NCBI GenBank assembly: GCA_945897475.1
Contig: CAMDFL010000002.1
Location: 4,368 to 68,367, forward strand
DNA length: 64,000 bases
From: Bordetella parapertussis
Lineage (GTDB): Bacteria > Pseudomonadota > Gammaproteobacteria > Burkholderiales > SG8-39
Reading direction: 5' to 3'
Shown here: positions 46,240 through 55,303 of the stretch, in pieces
Position numbering within the stretch: the stretch's first letter is position 1
Layout: every line of letters begins with the position of its first letter
Program-made: the position numbers and the translations under genes
The notes under the pieces: model-generated
Databases searched by the model: none
The model's input: the letters and a program-made list of their open reading frames with translations, nothing else
Told to the model about the DNA's origin: nothing

Positions 46240-47373
46240 ATGAATACCCCTGCACAAGCGCCCGCCGCGAATCATCATTCGTCGGCTGGTCCCAAGCGCG
46301 CCGAGGTCGTTGGCAGCTTGTTACGACCGGCGCGCCTGGTCGATGCGCGCGAACGCGCCGCGCGCGGAGCACTGGACGCCGCGGGCTTGCGTGCGGTGGA
46401 GGACGAATGCATACGCGAGGCAGTCGCGAAGCAGGAGGGCGTCGGCCTGCAGGTGGTGACTGACGGTGAATTTCGCCGTACCTGGTGGAATCACGACTTT
46501 ATGGGCAAGCTGGGTGGCGTTGAAGTAGGTGAAGATCCCGCTGCCTTGCCTTTTGTCGGATCAACCGATGTGCGCCTGACTTCGCGCGTCGTCGGAAAAG
46601 TTCATCACGCTCGAGCAATCATGGTGGAGGATTTCAAATTTCTTCATTCGGTGGCCAATGTAACTGCGAAAAATTGCTTACCCGCGCCCGCCATGCTGTA
46701 TTACCGCGGCGGCCGAGCCGCAATCAACATGCAAGCCTATCCCGATCTGGATCAGCTCTGGATTGATGTGGGCCTCGCTTATGCCGAGGAGATCCGCCAA
46801 CTGCATGCCGCCGGCTGCAACTACTTGCAGATTGACGACACCAGCCACGCGTTTCTCTGTGATGAGCGCTTTCGAGAGTCAGTTCGAAAACGCGGCGACA
46901 ATCCAGACACAATGCTTGGGCTTCTTGCCGATGCTTTGAACCTCGCTATTGCGGATCGCCCCGCCGGTATGACCATTGCGATGCACACCTGCCGCGGCAA
47001 CTGGAAAAGCACCTGGATGGCTGAGGGCGGTTACGAACCAGTGGCCGAGGTGGTGTTCAATCGCACCAAAGTCGATGCCTACTTTCTTGAATACGACTCC
47101 GATCGCGCCGGCGGATTTGAGCCTTTGCGCTTCGTTCCAAAGGGGAAGAAAGTGGTGCTGGGCCTGGTGTCCACCAAAACGCCCGCATTGGAGAACAAAG
47201 ACGCGCTCAAGCGGCGCATCGACGAGGCATCGAAGTACGTACCGCTTGAGAATTTATCGATCAGCGGTCAATGCGGATTTGCCAGCAGCGTGCATGGCAA
47301 TTCGCTGACAGAGGATGAGCAGTGGAGAAAGCTGGCGCTAATAGTCGATGTCGCGAACGAGGTCTGGAAATAA
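46240..47373 (+). CDS. cobalamin-independent methionine synthase II (MetE C-terminal-like) family protein
   Basis: Trimmed to MNTPAQAPA (ATG 46240 after GGAGGA). VVGSLLRPARL, VTDGEFRR, YLQIDD, HTCRGNW, LEYD and SGQCGF are the MetE-like barrel motifs. Confidence 0.75.
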   Translation: MNTPAQAPAANHHSSAGPKRAEVVGSLLRPARLVDARERAARGALDAAGLRAVEDECIREAVAKQEGVGLQVVTDGEFRRTWWNHDFMGKLGGVEVGEDPAALPFVGSTDVRLTSRVVGKVHHARAIMVEDFKFLHSVANVTAKNCLPAPAMLYYRGGRAAINMQAYPDLDQLWIDVGLAYAEEIRQLHAAGCNYLQIDDTSHAFLCDERFRESVRKRGDNPDTMLGLLADALNLAIADRPAGMTIAMHTCRGNWKSTWMAEGGYEPVAEVVFNRTKVDAYFLEYDSDRAGGFEPLRFVPKGKKVVLGLVSTKTPALENKDALKRRIDEASKYVPLENLSISGQCGFASSVHGNSLTEDEQWRKLALIVDVANEVWK

Positions 47374-47433
47374 TCGGGGTCAGGGGGTCAGAGTCACATT
47401 AACCGGAATAATCGGGGTCAGAGTCACATTGAC
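47372..47433. repeat. two direct copies of a ~24-bp intergenic repeat (AATCGGGGTCAGAGTCACATTRAC)
   Basis: Copy 1 at 47372-47403 carries an internal 8-bp duplication (GGGGTCAG GGGGTCAG). Copy 2 is at 47410-47433. Confidence 0.85.
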
Positions 47434-47484
47434 GGCATTAACCGGGGCCAGCATTAGTCGGGATTTATGTGAATCTCGGTCTCT

Positions 47485-47507
47485 TTAATCCTACTCTGAC
47501 CACAATT
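47485..47507. repeat. inverted, diverged copy of the same intergenic repeat
   Basis: TTAATCCTACTCTGACCACAATT is the reverse complement of AATTGTGGTCAGAGTAGGATTAA. About 18/23 match to copy 2. Confidence 0.6.
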
Positions 47508-47512
47508 AATAT

Positions 47513-48604
47513 TCACTCGTCTTTTACGCCTGCCGCGCGTGCCAGATCCCGCCAGCGGCGCGCTTCGGCGAGCATGTACTTTCCGAATACTTCGCCCTGT
47601 AAAGTCTCGGTAGGCTCTTGGCCGAGTTCTACCAGGCGATTGCGAAAATCCGGGGCGCCGGCAATCGTCGCGAGTTCGCGCTGCAAACGCGTGAGGGGCG
47701 CGGCGGGCGTTCCGCCGGGAACATAGACGCCGAATAAGGCGCCGAGAACGAAGTCATCCGTGCCGGCTTCGGCCATGGTGGGAACGCCGGGAAGTTGCGG
47801 TGAGCGCGCGCTGCCGGTGATGGCGAGCGAGCGCAATTGCCCGGCCTTTACACGCGGTGCCGCAGTGTTGATGCCAGTAAGAATCATTTCTATCTCGCCG
47901 GAGACCACGTCCACGATGCCGTTGCCACCGCCCTTGTAGGGCACGTGCGTGATATCCAGTTTGTAACGCGCCTTGAACAATTCGCCAATCAGGTGAGGAT
48001 TGGAGCCGACACCTGGCGAACCGTAGCGCAGCTTGCCCGGATTGGAACGGGAGAAGTCGATCAATTCTTTAATGGTGCTCGCCTTCACTGAGGGATGAAG
48101 GGTGAAGGTGTTCGGCGCACGCGAGATCATCGTTACCGGCACGAGATCTTTTTCCGGGTTGTAATTGAGACGCTTGAGAATTCCATCGGTCATGCCGAAA
48201 CTCTCCGCCGAGGCGAGCAGGATGTTGTAGCCGTCGGCTTGCGAACGTGCGGCCACCTCCGAACCTAGCGTGCCGCCGCCGCCGCCGCGGTTCTCCACGA
48301 CCACCTGCTGAGCCAATCGTTCGCCCAGATCGCGCGCGATGAATCGGCCTATGGTGTCCGTGGTGCCGCCTGCGGCGAAGGGCACAATCATGCGGATGGG
48401 GCGTTGCGGATAGTTTTGTTGGGCGTTTGCTGTAATGGTCCCGAGGGTAAGCATTACCAAAGCGATTGGGCCTGAAGTTTTGCCTATAGCCTTGCTTATG
48501 GACTGGCCTGCGGTTTGGTTCGAAGTTTGACCTGCGGTTTGGCCCACGGGCGCGTCTGTGGTCTGGCCGGTGGTATTGCTTGAGCGTTTGATGAAGCGAT
48601 TCAT
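47513..48604 (-). CDS. Bug/TctC-family substrate-binding protein with low-complexity N-terminal extension
   Basis: Trimmed to MNRFIKRSS (ATG 48604). About 30 aa of T/G/Q-rich sequence (TTGQTTDAPVGQTAGQTSNQTAGQS) precede the signal-peptide core and NYPQRPIRMIVPFAAGG. Confidence 0.85.
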   Translation of the reverse strand: MNRFIKRSSNTTGQTTDAPVGQTAGQTSNQTAGQSISKAIGKTSGPIALVMLTLGTITANAQQNYPQRPIRMIVPFAAGGTTDTIGRFIARDLGERLAQQVVVENRGGGGGTLGSEVAARSQADGYNILLASAESFGMTDGILKRLNYNPEKDLVPVTMISRAPNTFTLHPSVKASTIKELIDFSRSNPGKLRYGSPGVGSNPHLIGELFKARYKLDITHVPYKGGGNGIVDVVSGEIEMILTGINTAAPRVKAGQLRSLAITGSARSPQLPGVPTMAEAGTDDFVLGALFGVYVPGGTPAAPLTRLQRELATIAGAPDFRNRLVELGQEPTETLQGEVFGKYMLAEARRWRDLARAAGVKDE

Positions 48605-48637
48605 CGTCTTCTCCATTGAAATGTGAATGTGTAAGTC

Positions 48638-48663
48638 GTTAATCTGATTCTGACCCCAGTTAA
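48638..48663. repeat. inverted copy of the intergenic repeat, upstream of the Bug gene
   Basis: GTTAATCTGATTCTGACCCCAGTTAA is the reverse complement of TTAACTGGGGTCAGAATCAGATTAAC. Confidence 0.75.
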
Positions 48664-48694
48664 AGCACCACCAGTCCATCGCCCGATAATCGAC

Positions 48695-50407
48695 CTACGC
48701 CGCGCCCCGCACCACGCGCTGCACTGCTAGATTCGCGGGTTCCCCGGGGGCGAGGATGGGCGTGGGGATAGGCGTTTTGGAAAATTGTGGAGATCCGCGA
48801 TCATCCTTGATGTCTATCCATTGCAGCCAGTTCTTGTCGTCGCGCGCGTCGAAATCCTCGCGGAAGTGGCTCATCCTGGATTCGGTGCGCATCACCGATG
48901 CACGCAGAATGAGATCGGCGGCGAGCAGCATCGCCTCGGTTTCCTTCATTCGCACCAGTTCGTGCGTATGAGGGGCCGAGCAGGCGGCGAATTCGGATTT
49001 AATTTCTTCCAATCGGACTTGCGCCGCGGCCAGCCGGTCGCCGCGTTTCCACACCGAGACGTCGTAGGCGAACATCAGTTGTTGCAGACTTTTTAGCGTC
49101 TGGTCGCTTTGCGCTTGCGTTGCATCGTCGCGCTCGCGGTATGTCTCGGTGTGCAATGCGTGCACTTCGGTGGGGTCGAGTTTCGGTGCCGCCAGTTTTT
49201 GCAGATCTTCGATGGCGTTTTTCCCCGCAGCCCATCCCGTGCCTATGCACATGCCGATATGAAATCCGGCGAAGTGATTGCAGGCGCCGGCTTGGGCGAG
49301 GCCACCCACTAATAATCCTGGCACGCCCGAGCGGCAATCCGCGCCGGTGGCCACGCCGCCCTTGGTCATCTGGTTGAGCGCGTAATAAGGCGCTGAACCG
49401 AACATGTCGGTACGTGTCTCGCGGCCCAGCTTTCGATAAAAATATTCCATCCACTTTACTTTGCTCTGGATGAAGTACTCGCGCTTTTCCTCGGGAACAC
49501 CGGACATATCCAGGTACAGCGGGTCATTGCCTTTCTGGCGTTCGATCGCCATGGCGCGCGCGATGCGCGGAACATCCGATTCGTCGCCCCATTGCGGTTC
49601 GTATTGAGGCATGAAGCGCTCGCCTTTGGCATTCCTGAAACGCGCGCCTTCCTGAATGGCGAATGCGATTCCTTCGAAATAGAAGCGCGGTGTGCTGGGG
49701 CGGGTGTAGGAGAACTCCATGTTGCGTAATTGCGCGCCGGCCTTGTAGGCGAGCAGGGTGCCGGTGCCGGTGAGGTCGCGAACGAACCCCGAGCGAAAGG
49801 TGATGGCGTTGGTGCAAATGATGGTGGTACGCGCGCGGATGACGTGAAAGTCGCCGCTGCGGCTGTTGATTCCCACCGCGCCGATCACGCCATCGCCGTT
49901 CGCGCCACGCATCAGGCCGGTGACGAATATGCGATCCAGGATCTGCACACCCGCGGTTTCCAATCCACGTCGCATTCGCCAGGAAAATTCCAGTCCTCCG
50001 CCATCCGGGTGCAGCACACGCGTTGCGTCGAGTCCGCGCGTCGGGCGGCGCATGTACTGGCCTTTTTCATCCTTGGCGAAGCTCATCTCGAAGGCTTCCA
50101 TATCCTTGAGGCGATCATAGGAGGTGGCCAGGGTTTCCCGTACCAGCGCCTGGTCGCACACCAGGTCGTTGCCGGCGATGATTTCACGGGTGATGAGATC
50201 GAGATCGTCATCGGGTGTGACCACAACAGTCCAGGCGTTGGAAAAAGCGGTGTGCCCGCAGCGGCCCGCCTGTGAGGCATCGAGTAGCGTCACGCGCGCG
50301 CCCGGTGGTCCATTGCGCTTGGCCGAGAGCGCCGCAAATAGGCCGCCTGCGCCTGCGCCGATGACAAGTACGTCGGTGTCGATCACAGTGCCATTGAAAT
50401 TCTGCAT
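48695..50407 (-). CDS. FAD-binding oxidoreductase of the SdhA/FrdA/AprA flavoprotein superfamily
   Basis: N-terminal dinucleotide fold DVLVIGAGAGGLFAALSA. 570 aa with a C-terminal helical domain (RTESRMSHFREDF) like the fumarate reductase/succinate dehydrogenase/APS reductase alpha subunits. Confidence 0.75.
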   Translation of the reverse strand: MQNFNGTVIDTDVLVIGAGAGGLFAALSAKRNGPPGARVTLLDASQAGRCGHTAFSNAWTVVVTPDDDLDLITREIIAGNDLVCDQALVRETLATSYDRLKDMEAFEMSFAKDEKGQYMRRPTRGLDATRVLHPDGGGLEFSWRMRRGLETAGVQILDRIFVTGLMRGANGDGVIGAVGINSRSGDFHVIRARTTIICTNAITFRSGFVRDLTGTGTLLAYKAGAQLRNMEFSYTRPSTPRFYFEGIAFAIQEGARFRNAKGERFMPQYEPQWGDESDVPRIARAMAIERQKGNDPLYLDMSGVPEEKREYFIQSKVKWMEYFYRKLGRETRTDMFGSAPYYALNQMTKGGVATGADCRSGVPGLLVGGLAQAGACNHFAGFHIGMCIGTGWAAGKNAIEDLQKLAAPKLDPTEVHALHTETYRERDDATQAQSDQTLKSLQQLMFAYDVSVWKRGDRLAAAQVRLEEIKSEFAACSAPHTHELVRMKETEAMLLAADLILRASVMRTESRMSHFREDFDARDDKNWLQWIDIKDDRGSPQFSKTPIPTPILAPGEPANLAVQRVVRGAA

Positions 50408-50409
50408 CG

Positions 50410-50658
50410 CTACCAGGCCCTGGGGTGACTTTTCACCACTGGATGCACATCGATGATTTTCTCCGGACAGAAGATTTCGCAGTTAAAGCAGGTGATGCAA
50501 TGCTCGCGGAACTTAATGACGGGCAAAAGCTTGACGCTTGTCAGCCCGGGTATTCCGGTGTCCAGCGGTGTTTCGGTCATATGGATGACATCGGCCGGGC
50601 AAACGATGTCGCAAATGCCACAGCCGGTGCATCGCGGCAAGTCTATGGTTTCAATCAT
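50410..50658 (-). CDS. 4Fe-4S dicluster ferredoxin
   Basis: CTGCGICDIVCP and CITCFNCEIFCP motifs. Stop lies 2 nt before the flavoprotein ATG. Confidence 0.9.
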   Translation of the reverse strand: MIETIDLPRCTGCGICDIVCPADVIHMTETPLDTGIPGLTSVKLLPVIKFREHCITCFNCEIFCPEKIIDVHPVVKSHPRAW

Positions 50659-50698
50659 GATTGAGAATCTGACGCCATGCGTTCATGGCGTGTTGTCA

Positions 50699-51526
50699 TT
50701 ATTCGAATCCTTCCGGAAGCCCAAGCCCCATGCGGATCTTCAGGCCTTTGATGACTTCCTTGGTGGTGCCGGCAAGGGGCATGGATAGGCGCACCAAGTC
50801 CGCTTCTCGAAGCAGGATGTTCATATCCTTTTCCGCCCAGGGCATGCCGCTGTCTTCGGCGCGCAGGTCCATCGCCCAGTTTTGCGCGCTGGAGTGATGC
50901 AGCGCGGCGCGCATTTTTTCGGGATCCACGCCCAGCGCCTGTCCGAGCCGCAGACCTTCATCATTGGCCGATACGCAGGCCCAGAGGATGAGGTTATTGA
51001 CCATCTTGCCCACCTGTCCGGCGCCCGCGGGGCCGAGATGAAAAATGTCCGAAGCAAAGCTCGAGAATGCTGGCCTACAGGCTTCGAACGCGGCTTCATC
51101 GCCTGCGCCCAGAATCAGCAGTTTGCCATTGACCGCGGCCTGCTCGCCGCGCGTGAGCGGAATGTCGAGGAGTGTAATTTGTCGTTCCGCGAGACGCGTC
51201 GCGAGTGATCGGGTGTATTGCGGCGCTGCGGTCGAGCCCACGGCAACAATCAGGCCGGGTTTCGCGCCAGCGACAATGCCCTCGCCCCCGTACATCACAG
51301 TCTCTATCTGGTTGTCAAAACCCACAACCACAATGGCCAGATCGCAGGACGCGGCGACCGCGCTCGCGCTTGCCAGCACACGAACACCATCGGCCTTTGC
51401 CTTCTCCCCTGCCGCGGCAACCGGGTCGAAACCAAGCACCTCAAATCCATTGGCGACCAGATGCCTGGCCATAGCCCCGCCCATTTTTCCCAGGCCCAGA
51501 ATGCCTACCGTCTTAATCGTTTGCAT
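50699..51526 (-). CDS. NAD(P)-dependent oxidoreductase, HIBADH-like
   Basis: Track ORF trimmed to MQTIKTVGILGLGKMGGAMARHL (ATG 51526 after AAGGAGGAG). Rossmann motif plus a 6PGDH-like C-domain. Confidence 0.85.
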   Translation of the reverse strand: MQTIKTVGILGLGKMGGAMARHLVANGFEVLGFDPVAAAGEKAKADGVRVLASASAVAASCDLAIVVVGFDNQIETVMYGGEGIVAGAKPGLIVAVGSTAAPQYTRSLATRLAERQITLLDIPLTRGEQAAVNGKLLILGAGDEAAFEACRPAFSSFASDIFHLGPAGAGQVGKMVNNLILWACVSANDEGLRLGQALGVDPEKMRAALHHSSAQNWAMDLRAEDSGMPWAEKDMNILLREADLVRLSMPLAGTTKEVIKGLKIRMGLGLPEGFE

Positions 51527-51685
51527 TGCGTTATGCTCCTCCTTGGATCGAATATACCTTAGCCGCAGCGAATATCGGCAACGCTCACCGGGCGGTCCGC
51601 CAGAATCGGCGCACGCTATTGATTGCCACGAGGAAACCCAAGGTTCATTGTTTCGCGTCATGAAATTGTTATCTGGAGAATCGCA

Positions 51686-52744
51686 GTGAAATTTGGTATT
51701 AATTTTTTTCCCGCCTTTCGCGAAAGCGATGGCAGCACTCCCGATTTTTACGATCAGAGCCTGCGCTTGTCGGAGCGGGCGGATCAATTGGGCTATCACA
51801 GTGTCAAGACGGTGGAGCATTCGTTCTACGACTATGGCGGGCGCTCGCCCAATCCCTGCGTGTTTCTATCTGCGGTGGCTCAGCGCACCAAGCGCGTTCG
51901 CCTGATTACCGGCGCGGTGATTCCGGCGTTTCACCATCCGGCGCATCTGGGCGGTGATCTTGCGATGTTGGATAACCTTTCCCATGGGCGTCTCGATGCT
52001 GGCTTCGGCCGCGCGTTTCTTCCCAAGGAATTCGAGGTCTATGGCGTGGCAATGGAAGATAGTCGCGCGCGAATGGAGGAATCCATTGGCGTGATTCGCC
52101 GCTTGTGGACCGAAGACGCTATCGATCACGAGGGAAAATTCTGGCAGTTCAAGGATGTGCGCCTTATGCCGCGCGTGGTGCAAAAACCACACCCGCCGAT
52201 ATGGATCGCCGCGATCAGCACGGAAGAGTCGTTTGTCTATGCGGCAAAAAACGGCTTCAATGTCATGATCGTTCCCTACGCCGGTAAGCCCGGTACATTG
52301 CTGGAGCTGGTGAAAACCTATCGCCGCGTGTGGCGCGAATCCGGCCATCCGCCTGGTGCGGAGAAGGTGCAGGTGTCGATGTTCGCCTGCGTGGACGAGA
52401 CGCGCGAGGCGGCCCGCAAGACCTTCAACCGCATCATGAGCCGCTATGTCGAAACCTTCGCCGAGGCGGTGCTTTCCTGGCGCAACACCTCATCGCCGCA
52501 TTATGCGGGCTACGAGAAAATGGTCGAGGGAATCATCGCAACCAAGCCCGACGATGTCATCGAGAAGGGCGGCGCATATGTGGGGACGCCCGAGGATGTG
52601 ATTGCCCAGGTGCGTGCCAGCGTGGAGCGATTCGGCGAGGTGGAACCCTCGATGCACATCAACATGGGCGGCGCCACCGATGCCGAGTCGATGCGAACGC
52701 TGGAGTTGTTTGGCACCAGGGTGATGCCAGCATTTCCAGATTAA
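51686..52744 (+). CDS. LLM-class (luciferase-like) flavin-dependent oxidoreductase
   Basis: GTG start 51686 after GGAGA. (M)KFGINFFPAF...GYHSVKTVEHSF is a typical LLM N-terminus. Confidence 0.85.
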   Translation: MKFGINFFPAFRESDGSTPDFYDQSLRLSERADQLGYHSVKTVEHSFYDYGGRSPNPCVFLSAVAQRTKRVRLITGAVIPAFHHPAHLGGDLAMLDNLSHGRLDAGFGRAFLPKEFEVYGVAMEDSRARMEESIGVIRRLWTEDAIDHEGKFWQFKDVRLMPRVVQKPHPPIWIAAISTEESFVYAAKNGFNVMIVPYAGKPGTLLELVKTYRRVWRESGHPPGAEKVQVSMFACVDETREAARKTFNRIMSRYVETFAEAVLSWRNTSSPHYAGYEKMVEGIIATKPDDVIEKGGAYVGTPEDVIAQVRASVERFGEVEPSMHINMGGATDAESMRTLELFGTRVMPAFPD

Positions 52745-52828
52745 TGTTATCAATCACATGGAATATAAATTAAATATTCATATTCCACGTTGGTAATTGA
52801 CAGTATTTTATTCGTTTAAAAAATATAA

Positions 52829-53830
52829 TCAGTCAACCGTCACGCCGGTTTCTTTCACAATCCGCGTCCACGTTACCAGTTCAGATCTGACGTATTCGGC
52901 GATGATTGCCGGTTGCCAGGGCGTGACATCCATACCCAGCTCCACCAGTGCCTTGTTGATATCGGGCAGCACCAGCACCTGATTGATCTCGTTGTTCAAG
53001 CGATTGAGGATGGGGGAGGGCAGTTTCGAGGGGGCGAAAAAAGCAATCCAGGAGATCTCAGCGAAGCCCGGATAGCCCTGTTCGGCCACCGTCATCACAT
53101 CCGGCAATGCGGCATCGCGTTTCGGCCCGGCGATGCCCAGTGGTTTTAACTTTCCCGACCTCGCATGTGGCAACACGCTGCCCATGGAGCTATTCAATAC
53201 TTCCACTTGATTTCCCAGTACTGCCGCGAGCGCGGGTGCACCGCCTTTAAAGGGCACGTGTTCGGCATCGAGCTTGGCGAGGATGCGAAACAGGTAGTCG
53301 GCGGCGACGTGCGACGAAGTTCCTATGCCCGAGCCGTGGGTAAGACGCTTTCCCTTTGCGTTCTGAATCAACTCGCGAAGATTCTTTGCCGGGTTCGAGG
53401 GATGCACCGCAAACACGCCAGGCGTGCCCCCGGCAATGCCAACCGGAACAAGATCGGTGATGAGGTTGAACCCAGGGTCCTTATAGAGCGATGCGTTGAC
53501 CGCGATCTGCGCGGCGGTGCCCAGCAGGGTGTAGCCATCGGGAACGGATTCCGCGGTGGCCTTGCCGGCGATATTGCCGCCCGCGCCGGCGCGATTCTCA
53601 AGGACGAAGGATTGCCCCATGCGCTGCGAGAGTTTGTCCGCGACCAGTCGCGAGGTTCGATCGACATAGCCGCCGGGGGTGGAGGCGACGAACATGCGCA
53701 CTGGTTTTGCCGGGTAGGCTTGGGCGAAAGCGGTGGATTGCGCCACAACGATAACGATAACGACAGCGACAAGGACATGGACAGCGGCCAGCGCGATGCT
53801 GGATATCGAGCGTACTGTGCGTATTGACAT
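52829..53830 (-). CDS. Bug/TctC-family substrate-binding protein
   Basis: Track ORF (494 aa) trimmed to MSIRTVRSISS (ATG 53830 after GAGGAG). AQAYPAKPVRMFV, LENRAGAGG, PDGYT. Confidence 0.9.
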   Translation of the reverse strand: MSIRTVRSISSIALAAVHVLVAVVIVIVVAQSTAFAQAYPAKPVRMFVASTPGGYVDRTSRLVADKLSQRMGQSFVLENRAGAGGNIAGKATAESVPDGYTLLGTAAQIAVNASLYKDPGFNLITDLVPVGIAGGTPGVFAVHPSNPAKNLRELIQNAKGKRLTHGSGIGTSSHVAADYLFRILAKLDAEHVPFKGGAPALAAVLGNQVEVLNSSMGSVLPHARSGKLKPLGIAGPKRDAALPDVMTVAEQGYPGFAEISWIAFFAPSKLPSPILNRLNNEINQVLVLPDINKALVELGMDVTPWQPAIIAEYVRSELVTWTRIVKETGVTVD

Positions 53831-53874
53831 TACTATCTCCTCGATGAGTCCGGTGCGAAAAATTTCAATAAAGA

Positions 53875-54837
53875 CTACTCCGCCACTATGCCTGCGCCTT
53901 TGACAATCTTCTCCACGATCGCCAGGCCGCTCTTGATGCTTTCGGCCAATTCCTCGGGCGTGCCGGTTCCCTGGAAGTAACCCAGCTCCTCGGCTTTGCT
54001 GCGTGCCTCGCTCGAGGTCGCAGCTTTCAAGTATTCGCTGTAGAGCCGCAGCACGATCGGTCGCGGCAGGGCCGCTGGCCCGTAATAGCCGGTAAAACTG
54101 GGCGGAGCGGTGTAGGCAGGCAGTTGTTCGGCGACGGTGGGTATATTGGCGAATAGCGGATAACGCTGGCCATTGTTGATAGCGATGATGCGCACCTTGC
54201 CGGAGCTGAGTATTGGCGCGACTGTGGAGATGGTGCCAAAGCCCACCTGAATGCGCCCGGCGATCAGGTCGGTGACCACCGGCGGCGCGCCCTTGTAGGG
54301 CACATGTACCCAATCGATGCCGGTGATCATGCGGATCAGTTCGCCGGAGAGATGATGGGAGGTACCCATACCCGAGGTGCCCCAGGAGAGTTTGCCGGGA
54401 TTTTTCCTGGCGTAATCGACCAGCTCCTGCATATTGGCGACCGGCAGCGCCGGGTTGACCATGATATGCAATACGGTTTCATTGAGTCTTATGATCGGCG
54501 TGAAATCGGCCACCGGGTCGTAGCGCGTGTTGCGGGTAACGAATTTGCGTATCACCATGGCGCTCGCACCGGTGTACATGATGGTGTAGCCGTCGGGCGC
54601 CGCGCGCATCACGGATTCCGCGGCTTGCGCGCCGCCCGCGCCTGGCATCATCTCAATGACCAGGGGCTGGCCTATTGCCTCCGAAACTTTGTTCGCCATG
54701 AGGCGCACGGTCACTTCGGCGCCGCCTTGCACGGCCATGATGACGCGTATGGGTTTGGCGGGATAGGTCTGGGCGTCCGAGAAGGCCGGCAGCGCTGCAA
54801 GCGCGATCAAGGCGAAGGTGCGAAATGTTTCTGGCAT
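53875..54837 (-). CDS. Bug/TctC-family substrate-binding protein
   Basis: Signal peptide and AQTYPAKPIRVIMAV, PDGYT, and a C-terminal EELAESIKSGLAIVEKIVKGAGI tail. Confidence 0.9.
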   Translation of the reverse strand: MPETFRTFALIALAALPAFSDAQTYPAKPIRVIMAVQGGAEVTVRLMANKVSEAIGQPLVIEMMPGAGGAQAAESVMRAAPDGYTIMYTGASAMVIRKFVTRNTRYDPVADFTPIIRLNETVLHIMVNPALPVANMQELVDYARKNPGKLSWGTSGMGTSHHLSGELIRMITGIDWVHVPYKGAPPVVTDLIAGRIQVGFGTISTVAPILSSGKVRIIAINNGQRYPLFANIPTVAEQLPAYTAPPSFTGYYGPAALPRPIVLRLYSEYLKAATSSEARSKAEELGYFQGTGTPEELAESIKSGLAIVEKIVKGAGIVAE

Positions 54838-54964
54838 GATCTATCTCCGGTAATTTCTATCGGGGGATTGGAACGGCGGGGGCAGCAGCGGTGCGACCTC
54901 GAAGCCCTGTCCTCGCGCGTTGCGCCCGCTTTGGACGAAAGCTTAGAAGCCGACCCTTACCCGA

Positions 54965-55303
54965 TTAGATTCCGATGATCTCGTTCAGACCCTCGACGAC
55001 AAGCGCAAGCTCCTCCGGGCTCGTGCGCCCAAGCTTCGCGCCGATGCGTTCAACGGACAGGGTTCGAATCTGGCTGATCTTGACCGACGAACGTTTAGCC
55101 AGCTTCGGAGATTCAAGTTCGTGTGTGAGAGGAAATCCCGCGCGCTGAGCTTGGCTGGTCAATGCAACCGCGATGACGGTACCAGAGCGCTCGTTGAACA
55201 CGTCGTGGCTGATAACCAGCACGGGACGTAGGCCCGCCTGTTCGCGGCCACGTATGGGATTAAGATCAGCCCAACGAATTTCGCCTCTCAGTATTTGGGC
55301 CAC
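54965..55303 (-). CDS. mazF: type II toxin, PemK/MazF family endoribonuclease
   Basis: [32 protein letters not shown] is the MazF/PemK signature. 16-nt overlap with the upstream antitoxin gene. Confidence 0.9.
   Translation of the reverse strand: MAQILRGEIRWADLNPIRGREQAGLRPVLVISHDVFNERSGTVIAVALTSQAQRAGFPLTHELESPKLAKRSSVKISQIRTLSVERIGAKLGRTSPEELALVVEGLNEIIGI

Noticed and set aside
53831-54313. N-terminal 161 codons of track ORF 52829-54313 (would give a 494-aa protein)
   Set aside because: The extension overlaps the neighbouring Bug gene 53875-54837 in another frame and is R/H/Q-rich. A proper start (ATG 53830 with GAGGAG) gives a normal signal peptide.
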